Below are positions 28,328 through 38,045 of a DNA stretch of 64,000 nucleotides, one piece after another. Source of the stretch: an uncultured Thermotogaceae bacterium (lineage in GTDB: Bacteria > Thermotogota > Thermotogae > MWEM01); NCBI GenBank assembly GCA_964604305.1, contig CAZRYM010000003.1, positions 9,186-73,185 of the forward strand, given 5' to 3'. The notes under the pieces were generated by a model. It saw only the letters and a program-made list of their open reading frames with translations, was not told where the DNA came from and ran no database searches. How positions within the stretch are numbered: position 1 is the stretch's first letter; each line of letters begins with the position of its first letter. Made by a program: the position numbers and the translations under genes.

Positions 28328-29758
28328 GTGAAAATAGGTAAATCAGAATTTTTAGAAAAGAATCGTGACTTACTGAAAGAGCTTATACGCTCTCTTCGAT
28401 CTGATTTTTCGTATGTTTCTCTACTCGGAACAGATGTAAAGGGAAAGATGTACAAAGTGATGACAACCGGAATAAATATTGGTGATTCTATGTGGTCGGA
28501 AAGAGGATTTGTCCTCAGGTTGCATGATGGAACGGGTTATTTTGAGTACTCGTTTAACGAAATTGATGAAGGGTCTGTAAATAATATTGCCGATGATATA
28601 AGAAAAAATGCAGCTCTTTTCAGAGAAAAAATGAATGAACTTGACATTGATTGTGTTGATACACCGATCCTAACAGAAGAGGAAAAGGTCCTTGATTTTG
28701 AAGATGAAGTCGATATTTTACCTGGAGACTACACAGCAGGTGAAATTGTGGCAAAATTAACTGCTTTGAAAGATAGAGCTCATAGCCTATCCGATGAGAT
28801 AATTAATGTGATGACTTTGATTGAAACGGTTAACGTTCGAAAGTTGTTTTTGTCGGATAAGAAGGAGTTATCACAGTCATATAACTGGTCACAGGGTTAT
28901 TTATATGTATTGGCCAGGAGAGGAAAGAAAACGAAATACAGTTTGAAGGGCTTTTCAGGATTGAAAGGACTTGAAATTCTGCATGAGATGGGAGATAAAG
29001 TAGAAGATTTAATAGAAAATGCCCGTTTGCTATTATCTGCTGAAAGAATAGAACCCGGTATTTATGATGTAGTTTGTTCTCCCAGTGTTGCCGGATTGAT
29101 TGCCCATGAGGCTTTTGGACATGGTGTTGAAATGGACATGTTTGTCAAGGGGCGTGCCAAAGCCATGGAATATCTGGGTAAGGAAGTAGCTTCTGACTTA
29201 GTTACGATGTATGATGGAGCAGCAAGTGTCAGAGAAGTATCATCTTATACATTTGATGATGAAGGTAGTATGGCTCATGATACCCTAATCATTGATAAAG
29301 GTATCTTAAAAACCGGTATTTCAGATATTATTTCTGCTTCAATATTAGGTACAGAACCAACAGGAAATGGTAAAAGGGAGTCTTTCGAAAGAAAGGCTTA
29401 TGCAAGAATGACCAACACTTATTTTTCTCCAGGAAAAGACAAACTTGAGGATATGATAGCATCAATCGATCACGGTTTTCTCCTTGAGGATTATTACAGC
29501 GGTATGGAAGATCCAAAAAATTGGGGGATACAATGTCTCATTGCTTATGGCAGGGAAATTAAAGATGGAAAATTTACAGGTAGAATCGTTTCACCTGTCA
29601 TGATGACCGGTTATGTTCCAACCCTGTTAAAATCCATTTCAATGGTTTCAGGGGATTTTGAATTATCGGGTACCGGAGCTTGTGGAAAAGGTCACAAGGA
29701 ATTAGCCAAAGTATCTGCTGGCGGACCTTACATAAAGGCAAAAGCGAGGTTAGGATAA
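28328..29758 (+). CDS. tldD: TldD family metalloprotease
   Basis: HEAFGHGVEMD (HExxxH), DDEG, GNGKRESF, ARMTNTYF and GACGKG. Confidence 0.92.
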   Translation: MKIGKSEFLEKNRDLLKELIRSLRSDFSYVSLLGTDVKGKMYKVMTTGINIGDSMWSERGFVLRLHDGTGYFEYSFNEIDEGSVNNIADDIRKNAALFREKMNELDIDCVDTPILTEEEKVLDFEDEVDILPGDYTAGEIVAKLTALKDRAHSLSDEIINVMTLIETVNVRKLFLSDKKELSQSYNWSQGYLYVLARRGKKTKYSLKGFSGLKGLEILHEMGDKVEDLIENARLLLSAERIEPGIYDVVCSPSVAGLIAHEAFGHGVEMDMFVKGRAKAMEYLGKEVASDLVTMYDGAASVREVSSYTFDDEGSMAHDTLIIDKGILKTGISDIISASILGTEPTGNGKRESFERKAYARMTNTYFSPGKDKLEDMIASIDHGFLLEDYYSGMEDPKNWGIQCLIAYGREIKDGKFTGRIVSPVMMTGYVPTLLKSISMVSGDFELSGTGACGKGHKELAKVSAGGPYIKAKARLG

Positions 29759-31032
29759 TGCTTGAAAATATAATTAAACAACTAAACATATCTGATGCCA
29801 CATGTTGGAAGATCCAAGAAAGTATAGTAAAGAGTCAAGAATATTTTTTTATTAAGGATAAAACTGACGTTGGAAGGGTAAAAAAGGTCAGGGATTATGA
29901 AGTAACAATATATAAGGATTTTACTGAAGATGACATAAATTTTAGAGGAAGCTCTTCTGTAAACATCTCTCCCATGTTGAGTTTGGTGGAGATTCAAGAA
30001 GCAATAGAAGGGGCTGTTTTTGCAGCAGGTTTTGTCAAGAATCCGTGGTATCCAATTACAGAAGCTTATTCCAAAGAATTTGAAAGTAAAAAATATAACC
30101 TGGAGTCTCTTTCTAAAAAATCAGTAGCAGCGATATTTAATGCACAAACTGACGTTAATTCTTGGCTGAATTCAGTTGAATTATTTATTACAGAGAGAAA
30201 AATAAGAATAATTAATTCGAAGGGTCTGGATGTCTCTCATTCAAAATTAAAAACCTATATCGAAACAATCGTATCAGCCTCCGGTAAAGAGGAAGTGGAG
30301 CTCTATGATGAGTTTAAATTATCTTATCCCAAGGATGATTTTATAAGAACAAGAATTTCAAAATTGTTAAAAATGGTAGGAGAAAGGGCTAATGCCATTG
30401 CCACCCCTTCACTTAAAGAAATTCCAATAATCCTAACCGGTGAACCGGTAAAAGAATTTATGAGATATTATCTTCAACAGGCAAATGCCCAAATGAAATA
30501 TGACAAAATCTCTGAAGTTGAACCGGGGAGTTTTATTCAGGGTGAAGAATCAGGAGATAAGATTTCACTGGATATCTTACCGGAATTGGAAGGTTCTTAT
30601 TACGGTGCACCATTTGATGAGGACGGATTTGAAGTGAAACAAGAAAGGATAGTTGAGGATGGTGTACTGAAAAATTACTGGGGAGATCTTAGATATTCCC
30701 ACTATCTTGGAGTACCACCGACAGGCTCAGCTGAAAATTTTAAAATTGATGCAGGGAAACTAACTTCTGAGCAGTTACGTGAAAAACCATATCTTGAAGT
30801 GAGTCATTTTTCAGCGATTGATACTGATATGGCCACAGGGGATTTTGGAGGAGAAATCCGCTTAGGCTGGTATTATGATGGTTCTAAAAGAGTTCCCGTA
30901 TCAGGAGGTTCTGTAACCGGTAATATCAGAAATCTTTCTTCAATCAAATTGTCCAAAGAAGTGCATGTGGAAGGAGATTATTCAGGACCAAGTTCTATTT
31001 TATTAGAAGGGTTTAGGGTTTCTGGAGAATAG
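29758..31032 (+). CDS. pmbA: TldE/PmbA family partner protein
   Basis: FDEDG...V.DGVLKNY and no HExxxH. ATG 29758 overlaps the tldD stop (TAATG). Confidence 0.8.
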   Translation: MLENIIKQLNISDATCWKIQESIVKSQEYFFIKDKTDVGRVKKVRDYEVTIYKDFTEDDINFRGSSSVNISPMLSLVEIQEAIEGAVFAAGFVKNPWYPITEAYSKEFESKKYNLESLSKKSVAAIFNAQTDVNSWLNSVELFITERKIRIINSKGLDVSHSKLKTYIETIVSASGKEEVELYDEFKLSYPKDDFIRTRISKLLKMVGERANAIATPSLKEIPIILTGEPVKEFMRYYLQQANAQMKYDKISEVEPGSFIQGEESGDKISLDILPELEGSYYGAPFDEDGFEVKQERIVEDGVLKNYWGDLRYSHYLGVPPTGSAENFKIDAGKLTSEQLREKPYLEVSHFSAIDTDMATGDFGGEIRLGWYYDGSKRVPVSGGSVTGNIRNLSSIKLSKEVHVEGDYSGPSSILLEGFRVSGE

Positions 31033-31058
31033 TAATCACATAAGGCTGTTGTGAATTG

Positions 31059-31658
31059 CTAAAGAGTACAAAGTACAGTATCAAACATCTTCTCCAGCAA
31101 TTGCAAATCCATACTGGCTCTCTCAGGGTGTTCAATACATTGTTCCGGTAAAAAGGGTATATGAATAAAACCGGCTTTGGTGTTGAACCCCTTTTCTTTT
31201 ATGAAATGGAGTGCTGAATACATAACATAATTACAAATGTAAGTTCCCGCTGAATATGAAATCTTCGTGGGGATCCCGGTTTCACTCAGTTTAGTCTCTA
31301 TAGTTCTCAAAGGCAATGTTGACCAATATGCAACGGGACCATCTTTTTCTATGATCATGTCTTTCGGCTGTTCGCCATTGTTATCCGGTATTCTGGCATC
31401 CACCATATTGAGGGCAACTTTTTCCAAGGCGATATGTGATAGTCTGCCATTTAAACCAAAGCTGATAAGATAGTCAGGTTTTTGTTCATTGATTAATTTC
31501 GTAATCATCTTCCCTGCTTCTTTCACTGTTACCGGCAACAGAAATTTATGAAGATTAATGTTTTTATGTTTCATTGATTCATATTTTAACAGTTCCTGTG
31601 AAGGGTTTATCTGCTCATTATCAAATGGTTCAAAACCTGTTATGATAATTTTTTTCAT
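31059..31658 (-). CDS. pcp: Pyroglutamyl-peptidase I
   Basis: ITGFEPF, INPS, LEKVALN, SAGTYICN, GFIHIP. Confidence 0.95.
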   Translation of the reverse strand: MKKIIITGFEPFDNEQINPSQELLKYESMKHKNINLHKFLLPVTVKEAGKMITKLINEQKPDYLISFGLNGRLSHIALEKVALNMVDARIPDNNGEQPKDMIIEKDGPVAYWSTLPLRTIETKLSETGIPTKISYSAGTYICNYVMYSALHFIKEKGFNTKAGFIHIPFLPEQCIEHPERASMDLQLLEKMFDTVLCTL

Positions 31659-31667
31659 TTTCTTCTC

Positions 31668-32408
31668 CTAATCTAAAGGGAATTGTTCCCTGATTTGTGT
31701 TACAGTTTCTTTGTGTATGGAGAAACTGGCTAGAGATCCGTTATTTTTGACAATGATTTTTCCGTTGGGATCGATGACCATTGAGTGGCCATTGTAGTTG
31801 CCTCCCGTCCTATTAATGCCTATTATCCATGCTTGATTCTCTATCGCTCTTGAAATCAATAAGGCTTCCCAATGATTTATTCTGGGCATCGGCCAATTTG
31901 CGGGTACGATGTAAAGAGATGGTTTTTCACCCTCACAGGAGAAAAGTTGTGGAAATCTTAGGCCAAAACAAATCACAATTCGCGTTTTAAAATCAAGTAA
32001 ATCGAAGTCATTGGTTTTATTGGAAGCTTTAACATACAAATCCTCTTTTGCAAATTTGAATGTTTTTCTTTTCCGTTGTGTTGTTATCAATGTTCCTGCA
32101 GGCCCTGCTATTGAATAAGTATTGTAGATTATGTCTTGATATTCTTCAAAATATCCGAATCCTATAAACATCTTGAGCGTTAAGGCAGTGTGTTTAATCT
32201 TTTCTATACTTAGTCCAGTGACGGGTACTGCTTTGGGCAAATCATTATCAGCCGGATCAGGAAATCCTTGTAGAGAAAGCTCAGGGGTCAGGAGGATTGT
32301 TGAATCCCTTTCTTTAGCTGCTTTAGTGGCATATTTCAGGATATTTTTCAGATTTTGCTCTTCATTGTTCTGAATAATATCCTGAGTGTAAAGGCTGACG
32401 AGTATCAA
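31668..32408 (-). CDS. Carbon-nitrogen hydrolase (nitrilase superfamily, Nit/omega-amidase-like)
   Basis: Triad PE, RK and ICFGLRFP, plus PANWP..R..HW..L..RAIENQ and GHSMVIDP.G. Start moved to TTG 32408 behind GGAGG. Confidence 0.85.
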   Translation of the reverse strand: MILVSLYTQDIIQNNEEQNLKNILKYATKAAKERDSTILLTPELSLQGFPDPADNDLPKAVPVTGLSIEKIKHTALTLKMFIGFGYFEEYQDIIYNTYSIAGPAGTLITTQRKRKTFKFAKEDLYVKASNKTNDFDLLDFKTRIVICFGLRFPQLFSCEGEKPSLYIVPANWPMPRINHWEALLISRAIENQAWIIGINRTGGNYNGHSMVIDPNGKIIVKNNGSLASFSIHKETVTQIREQFPLD

Positions 32409-32581
32409 GTTTTTCCTCCAATAAAAAAAGAGATCAATCCGCTTACGAATCAATCTCCTTTTGTATAATTACAAGCCGCTTGTATTATACCAAAAATGAT
32501 TTCATATATCAAATTATTTCTGAATTTCTTTTCGCTTAAGTCTTTTGGTATAAAAGAGTAGCTGACTTTTTCTTTAAACTA

Positions 32582-33844
32582 TTAAGGATAAATGCCTCTT
32601 AATCTTGTGGCCTGTGCTACCTTTTCTATGGCGTTAACATAAGCAGCGGTTCGCATGTCAACATTATACTTTTCGCCTGTCTTCACAACACCGCAGAAGG
32701 CCTTTTTCATAATTCTGTGTAAGGCGTTTCTGACATCTTCCAATTCCCAGAAGAACCACTGAAGACTTTGAACCCATTCAAAGTATGAAACCGTAACACC
32801 ACCTGCGTTCGCAACAAAGTCTGGAACGATTATGCATCCTTTTTCTGTCAGTATGTCTTCTCCTTCAGGATCGATAGGGCCGTTTGCAGCTTCAACGATG
32901 ATTCTCGCTCTGACTTTATCTGCATTTTCAGCTGTTATTACATCTTCCAGTGCTGCAGGGATAAGCATATCAACGTCAAGTTCAAGAAGCTCCTCGTTTG
33001 TTATCTTTTTATCGGCTCCAGTGTAGCCTTCCAAAGAACCGTTTTCCTGTAAATATTCCATCATTTCGTCAGTGTTTAAGCCGTTAGAACTGAAATATCC
33101 ACCAGAAATGTCACTTACTGCAATGATTTTTGCGTTCAACTCATCATTAATAAGTGTGGCAGCGTAGCTTCCTACATTTCCAAATCCTTGTATAGCAACT
33201 GTAACATCTTTCATTTCTTTGTTATAAGTTCCCTTTTCATTTAAGTATTTTACTACTTCTTCTGCACAAATTCTGACACCTCTACCTGTTGCCTCAGTTC
33301 TTCCAACTGAACCGCCTATTTCAAGAGGTTTTCCTGTTACAACACCGAGTACGGAATGTCCAACATTCATACTGTATGTATCCATGTACCATGCCATAAT
33401 CTGACCGTTTGTGTTGACATCCGGCGCTGGAATGTCTTTATTTTCTCCAATAATAACCTGTATTTCAGAGAAAAACCTTCTGGAAAGTCTTTCAATTTCT
33501 GTTTGAGAAAGAAGAGTGGGATCAACTTGAACGCCACCTTTTCCTCCACCATAGGGAATACCTACAACAGCTGCTTTCCATGTCATCCAGAAAGCAAGTG
33601 CTTTAACTTCATCAAGTGATACATTTTGATGATATCTGATGCCACCTTTAGCCGGTCCAAGTGCTATGTTATGTTGTACCCTGTGTCCTGTAAATACTCT
33701 TGCGGATCCATCATCCATTCTGACTGGAAAATTTACAGTCAATTCTCTTTTTGGTTTTGAAAGAACCTCTCTCATACTGGAATCAAGGTTCATTACTTCA
33801 GCTGCTTTTGTAAACTGTTTTACTGCATTTTCATATAGGCTCAA
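32582..33844 (-). CDS. gdhA: NAD(P)-dependent glutamate dehydrogenase
   Basis: GPAKGGIRYH, MTWK, GGGKGG, DIPAPDV, QGFGNVG, EAANGP, ANAGGV.VSYFEWVQ. Confidence 0.96.
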   Translation of the reverse strand: MSLYENAVKQFTKAAEVMNLDSSMREVLSKPKRELTVNFPVRMDDGSARVFTGHRVQHNIALGPAKGGIRYHQNVSLDEVKALAFWMTWKAAVVGIPYGGGKGGVQVDPTLLSQTEIERLSRRFFSEIQVIIGENKDIPAPDVNTNGQIMAWYMDTYSMNVGHSVLGVVTGKPLEIGGSVGRTEATGRGVRICAEEVVKYLNEKGTYNKEMKDVTVAIQGFGNVGSYAATLINDELNAKIIAVSDISGGYFSSNGLNTDEMMEYLQENGSLEGYTGADKKITNEELLELDVDMLIPAALEDVITAENADKVRARIIVEAANGPIDPEGEDILTEKGCIIVPDFVANAGGVTVSYFEWVQSLQWFFWELEDVRNALHRIMKKAFCGVVKTGEKYNVDMRTAAYVNAIEKVAQATRLRGIYP

Positions 33845-33898
33845 TTCTGTTCCCTCCTCTAATCTATTGTCGGTTCTTAACTCTTACACTTCTATTTA

Positions 33899-33908
33899 AA
33901 CATATGTT
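33899..33908. promoter_or_regulatory. Perfect palindrome AACATATGTT upstream of gdhA (candidate operator)
   Basis: Identical to the core of the palindrome in the tetR promoter at 34045-34054. Confidence 0.45.
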
Positions 33909-34020
33909 ATTTATTTCGCAAAGTGGATAAATAAGTAATTTGGTTTGATTTTGTATGATTAGAGCTTAAAAACTGTTGATTACTCTTTTTATCTGAACTA
34001 TGTTATCTCTTATAAGGAAA

Positions 34021-34062
34021 TTGACACTTTGTGTTTTTTATGGTAACATATGTTACGTAACA
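34021..34062 (+). promoter_or_regulatory. Sigma70 promoter of the tetR-ABC operon overlapped by palindromic operator(s)
   Basis: TTGACA 34021-34026, a 17-bp spacer and TAACAT 34044-34049. Perfect palindromes GTAACATATGTTAC 34043-34056 and TGTTACGTAACA 34051-34062. Confidence 0.75.
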
Positions 34063-34086
34063 CATGTAATTAGAGGAGAAGAGAAA

Positions 34087-34653
34087 ATGGCACCAAAACG
34101 AAAATATAATCGTCGAGATATTTTAAATTCTGCTTTGGCAATTTTAAAAATAAAGGGAAAATCAGCTTTATCTGCCAGGAATATTGCCCATGAAATGGGC
34201 TGTTCAACTCATCCGATTTATTCTGAATTTAAATCCTTGAAGGTGTTAAGAAAAGCTTTATTTGAATATGCTTATGACTTTTTCATAGATACAATCACTA
34301 CAGAAAACGCCCCGGAAAATTTTTTGGATATCGGAGTCAATTATGTTAAATTTTCCAGAAAGGAAAAAAATATCTTTTTGTTTATTTTTATGAATAAAGA
34401 CTTTAAAATGGATATGATAAATTTCGAGAAAGTTGACGAAAAGATTATTAAATTTATAAGAAAAGATGAATATGTGCAGAAAAATGCAGTGCAAGCTTAT
34501 AATATTATTTTTTATAACCTTTGGATTTTTACTCATGGATTGGCAACATTGTTTTGGGAATCAGAAACAGATTATGGTGAAGAAAATATAAGAAAGACGT
34601 TAAAAACAACAGGTAAAATAATCATTCAAGGGCTTACAAAAAAAGAAAGTTAA
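34087..34653 (+). CDS. TetR/AcrR family regulator
   Basis: RRDILNSAL..L...G..ALSARNIA.EMGCST.PIYSEF HTH. ATG 34087 follows SD GAGGAG. Confidence 0.9.
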   Translation: MAPKRKYNRRDILNSALAILKIKGKSALSARNIAHEMGCSTHPIYSEFKSLKVLRKALFEYAYDFFIDTITTENAPENFLDIGVNYVKFSRKEKNIFLFIFMNKDFKMDMINFEKVDEKIIKFIRKDEYVQKNAVQAYNIIFYNLWIFTHGLATLFWESETDYGEENIRKTLKTTGKIIIQGLTKKES

Positions 34654-34682
34654 AAAATACAGATACCATTGGAGGTGCTGAT

Positions 34683-35603
34683 ATGTTAGAGACCATACTG
34701 GAAGTTAAGAACCTGAAAAAGTATTATCCTACAGTTAAAGCGGTTGATGATATCAGTTTTAGTATTGAGAAAGGAACTGTTTTTACATTATTAGGTCCTA
34801 ATGGAGCAGGTAAAACGACAACGTTGGAAATAATCGAAGGAATAAAAAAATCAGATGATGGGAAAATCATATTTTTTGGAGAGGAAATGAAACACGTTTC
34901 AGAAGAAGCCAAACAGAAGATCGGTGTTTCACTGCAATCCACAAATTTCATACCTCATTTAAAGGTGAAAGAGGTTTTTGAACTTTTTGCCTCATTTTTT
35001 AAAAAGAATATCCCTGTTGAGGAGGTTATAGGGTTTGTTTCTTTGGAAGAAAAGAGAACAGATCTAGTTGAAAAACTATCAGGTGGCCAAAAGCAAAGAG
35101 TTGCCATTGGATGTGCACTAATCAACGATCCCGATATGGTCTTTTTGGACGAACCTACCACAGGGCTTGATCCACAAGCCAGGAGAAACATTTGGGGTAT
35201 AATTGAACACCTGAGAAATAAGGGTAAAACTGTATTTTTAACCACACATTACATGGAAGAAGCGCAGAAATTATCTGATATGGTTTGTATCATGGATCAC
35301 GGTAAGATTATTGCTATCGATACTCCTGCCGGTCACATAAAAAAATTGGGAGAACTAAATTATGTTGAGTTTGCTGGTGATTTAGAGACATCAGACGTAG
35401 AGGAAATGAACTCATGGGATGTTGAGGAAGTGGAAATTGAAGGGGAAAAGGTTATCATACCGACAAAATCACTACACCAGGTGCTTGAAAAACTCCTTTC
35501 GTGGGCAAAAAGTAAAGATTTTGATCTAAATGATATCAGTGTCAGACAGCCAAATCTTGAAGATGTCTTCCTCTCTCTTACCGGAAGGAGGCTAAGAGAC
35601 TGA
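34683..35603 (+). CDS. ABC-2 type exporter ATP-binding protein
   Basis: GPNGAGKTT, LSGGQKQR, FLDEPTTGLDP, TTHYMEEA. Confidence 0.95.
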   Translation: MLETILEVKNLKKYYPTVKAVDDISFSIEKGTVFTLLGPNGAGKTTTLEIIEGIKKSDDGKIIFFGEEMKHVSEEAKQKIGVSLQSTNFIPHLKVKEVFELFASFFKKNIPVEEVIGFVSLEEKRTDLVEKLSGGQKQRVAIGCALINDPDMVFLDEPTTGLDPQARRNIWGIIEHLRNKGKTVFLTTHYMEEAQKLSDMVCIMDHGKIIAIDTPAGHIKKLGELNYVEFAGDLETSDVEEMNSWDVEEVEIEGEKVIIPTKSLHQVLEKLLSWAKSKDFDLNDISVRQPNLEDVFLSLTGRRLRD

Positions 35604-36784
35604 TGAAGAATCAACTGTTCATAAGTCTTCTTAAAAGTGGACTCAGGGAAAAGGAGACCATTTTTTGGATCTTACTCTTCCCGCTTATCATCTTTACTAT
35701 AATGGTTCTCATCTTTTCTAATATGACCGGTGAGGATCTTAATTTTAAGATGGCAGTTATTGATAATTCAGGTACAGGTATGGGGAGTTCAATCATTAAT
35801 CAGGTTTTTGAGGGAATTAGTCAACCACAATCTCCTGGAGATGATCCCCTTTATTCCATTGTGGATGTTAAAAATAAAGAAGAAGCACTTATACTTCTAA
35901 AGGAACAACATATCGATATCATTGTTGAGATACCTGAAGATTTTAATCAAAAATTTAGTCAGGTTATCTTCTTTTCAAAAATTTCGTCTATCTCTGCTGA
36001 AGACAAACCCCATATTAATGTTGAAAGAGTACCCATGAGAAATCTGTCAAAATTAGCCGCTGATATCATGGAACAGATTTTAGCAGAAGTTAATCTTGAA
36101 GCTGCAAAAAGGATGAATGTAACTATTCCGGAAGCCAGTGTTGCTACTGACATTGTTGGACAGACACAGGAGTTTAATTATGCCGATTACTTTTTTGCCG
36201 GTATTTTGATCATGGGATTTTTCAGTACAGGTTTTTTTAATATGGGCATCAATATGACCTACTTTAGAAAAAAAGGTATTTTCAAACGCTTAGCCTGTAC
36301 ACCGATTAAAAACAGCACACTTATAAATGCTACTATCCTTTCAAATCTTGTTTTTATGCTCATGTCATTTTTAGTTTTACTGATTTATGCGAAATTATTT
36401 TATAAAGTGACTTGGGCTATCTTTTATCCGGAATCCATTCTATTTATGCTTATCAGCGCCATTCTTTCCCTCGCATTCGGGATTTTTCTTGGTTCGGTTT
36501 CAAAGACACCCAATTCTGCTTCGGGGTTGGCAAACCTCTTATTCTTTCCCATGCAGTTTTTAGGGGGACTGTACTTTCCTGTTTTTGACTTGTCTCCAGC
36601 CGTAAGATGGTTTGTCTATATCAACCCTATTACATATCTAGCAGCCGGAATAAGACAGTCCATGGGTCTTATGGATGCCCCATTGCCTTATTTTACATTG
36701 TTTTTAGTTCCGATCATTTGGATCGTTGTGCTTTTGTTGATATCTGTCAAAATATTTAAATGGGATGGGGGAGAGATCGCATGA
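35603..36784 (+). CDS. ABC-2 type exporter permease
   Basis: N-terminal TM, extracytoplasmic domain, five C-terminal TMs and R.KGIFKRL..TP. Confidence 0.9.
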   Translation: MKNQLFISLLKSGLREKETIFWILLFPLIIFTIMVLIFSNMTGEDLNFKMAVIDNSGTGMGSSIINQVFEGISQPQSPGDDPLYSIVDVKNKEEALILLKEQHIDIIVEIPEDFNQKFSQVIFFSKISSISAEDKPHINVERVPMRNLSKLAADIMEQILAEVNLEAAKRMNVTIPEASVATDIVGQTQEFNYADYFFAGILIMGFFSTGFFNMGINMTYFRKKGIFKRLACTPIKNSTLINATILSNLVFMLMSFLVLLIYAKLFYKVTWAIFYPESILFMLISAILSLAFGIFLGSVSKTPNSASGLANLLFFPMQFLGGLYFPVFDLSPAVRWFVYINPITYLAAGIRQSMGLMDAPLPYFTLFLVPIIWIVVLLLISVKIFKWDGGEIA

Positions 36785-37896
36785 AAATTACTTTAGGTAT
36801 TCTAAAAGCACTTATTAAAAGCAGGATCAGGGATAAGGAAGCTCTATTCTGGACGTTGGCTTTTCCCCTAATGTTTTTGGTCATATTTGGCCTTGCCTTT
36901 GGAGGTAGTTCTACTTCGTCCGTGTCATCAGAAGATGAAGAAATGCGGTATGCCATATACTTGAGTGAGGAAATTGATGATGAGACTGAATCGAATATTA
37001 TTAAAACTTCTGAAAGTATGGGTCTCAAACCCCTTCTCGTATATTCGGTATCGAATTTAAAGGATAGTGTAGAGAAAGCTTATGATGGTGTGGAATTTGG
37101 TATTTCTCTCACTGATAACGAGGGGGTCTGGGAAGTTCATGCCTATTTTAATGCCGGTGCTATGAACAAAATGCAGTTTTATCAGTCGATTGTTAGCAAT
37201 TTTGTGACTGAGTTTAGAAAAACCACAGCCGGTTTTGAAAATATTATTACTGTGAAAACGGTTGACCGTGAATTTACTGTGGAACCTGTTACAAACACCG
37301 GTTATATCCTTTCGGGCGTTATTGCCGTTTCCATTTCTCTATCTGGAATAACGGCATTAATCATTAGTTTTGGATATTACAGAAAACAAGACATCATAAA
37401 ACGATTAATCGCCACGCCCTTAAAGGGGTCGCAATTTTTAGCCGCAGATATCATTAACAATTTATTGGTATCTATCGTTACAATTCTAATTATTATGTTA
37501 TTCGCACGCCTGTTGTTTCAGGTGACGTTTAACATGAATATATTGTATTTTATCATCACCTATTTTTCTTCTATGTTCTTAATGATGGGTTTGGGAGGGC
37601 TTTTTTTATTACTTTTCAGAGAACCAAATGCCGCAATGAATGCGGCAAATGTGTTTTCAACCATCATGATGTTTTTTGCGGGGGTCTATTTCCCATTAGA
37701 GCTGATGCCAAAGTGGTTACAAAGATTTGGTTACATGTTACCCATGACGTACGTTGCCGAGAATCTAAGATTTTCTTTAGGTCAGGATTATATGCAACTA
37801 TCAAGATTTTGGACCATCAATATAGTCTTTATCATTATAGCCGGAATAGCAATACCGTTGATGGGAAAAACCATATTCAAATTGGAACAACAATAA
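36781..37896 (+). CDS. ABC-2 type exporter permease (second paralogue)
   Basis: Same architecture (FWTLAFP, RKQ.IIKRL.ATPL, FFAGVYFP, PMTY). ATG 36781 overlaps the preceding stop. Confidence 0.9.
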   Translation: MKITLGILKALIKSRIRDKEALFWTLAFPLMFLVIFGLAFGGSSTSSVSSEDEEMRYAIYLSEEIDDETESNIIKTSESMGLKPLLVYSVSNLKDSVEKAYDGVEFGISLTDNEGVWEVHAYFNAGAMNKMQFYQSIVSNFVTEFRKTTAGFENIITVKTVDREFTVEPVTNTGYILSGVIAVSISLSGITALIISFGYYRKQDIIKRLIATPLKGSQFLAADIINNLLVSIVTILIIMLFARLLFQVTFNMNILYFIITYFSSMFLMMGLGGLFLLLFREPNAAMNAANVFSTIMMFFAGVYFPLELMPKWLQRFGYMLPMTYVAENLRFSLGQDYMQLSRFWTINIVFIIIAGIAIPLMGKTIFKLEQQ

Positions 37897-38045
37897 CTCT
37901 GTAAAACTTGTTTTTTAAAGGAAAATGCTGCATAATGAAATATCAATAATTAAGTAGTTCAAATACGTCTATTATTTTGTATACCAACACTAACAGACTT
38001 AAAATTGATTTTAAACAGCATAGACTTTTAAAAAAGGAGATGTTT

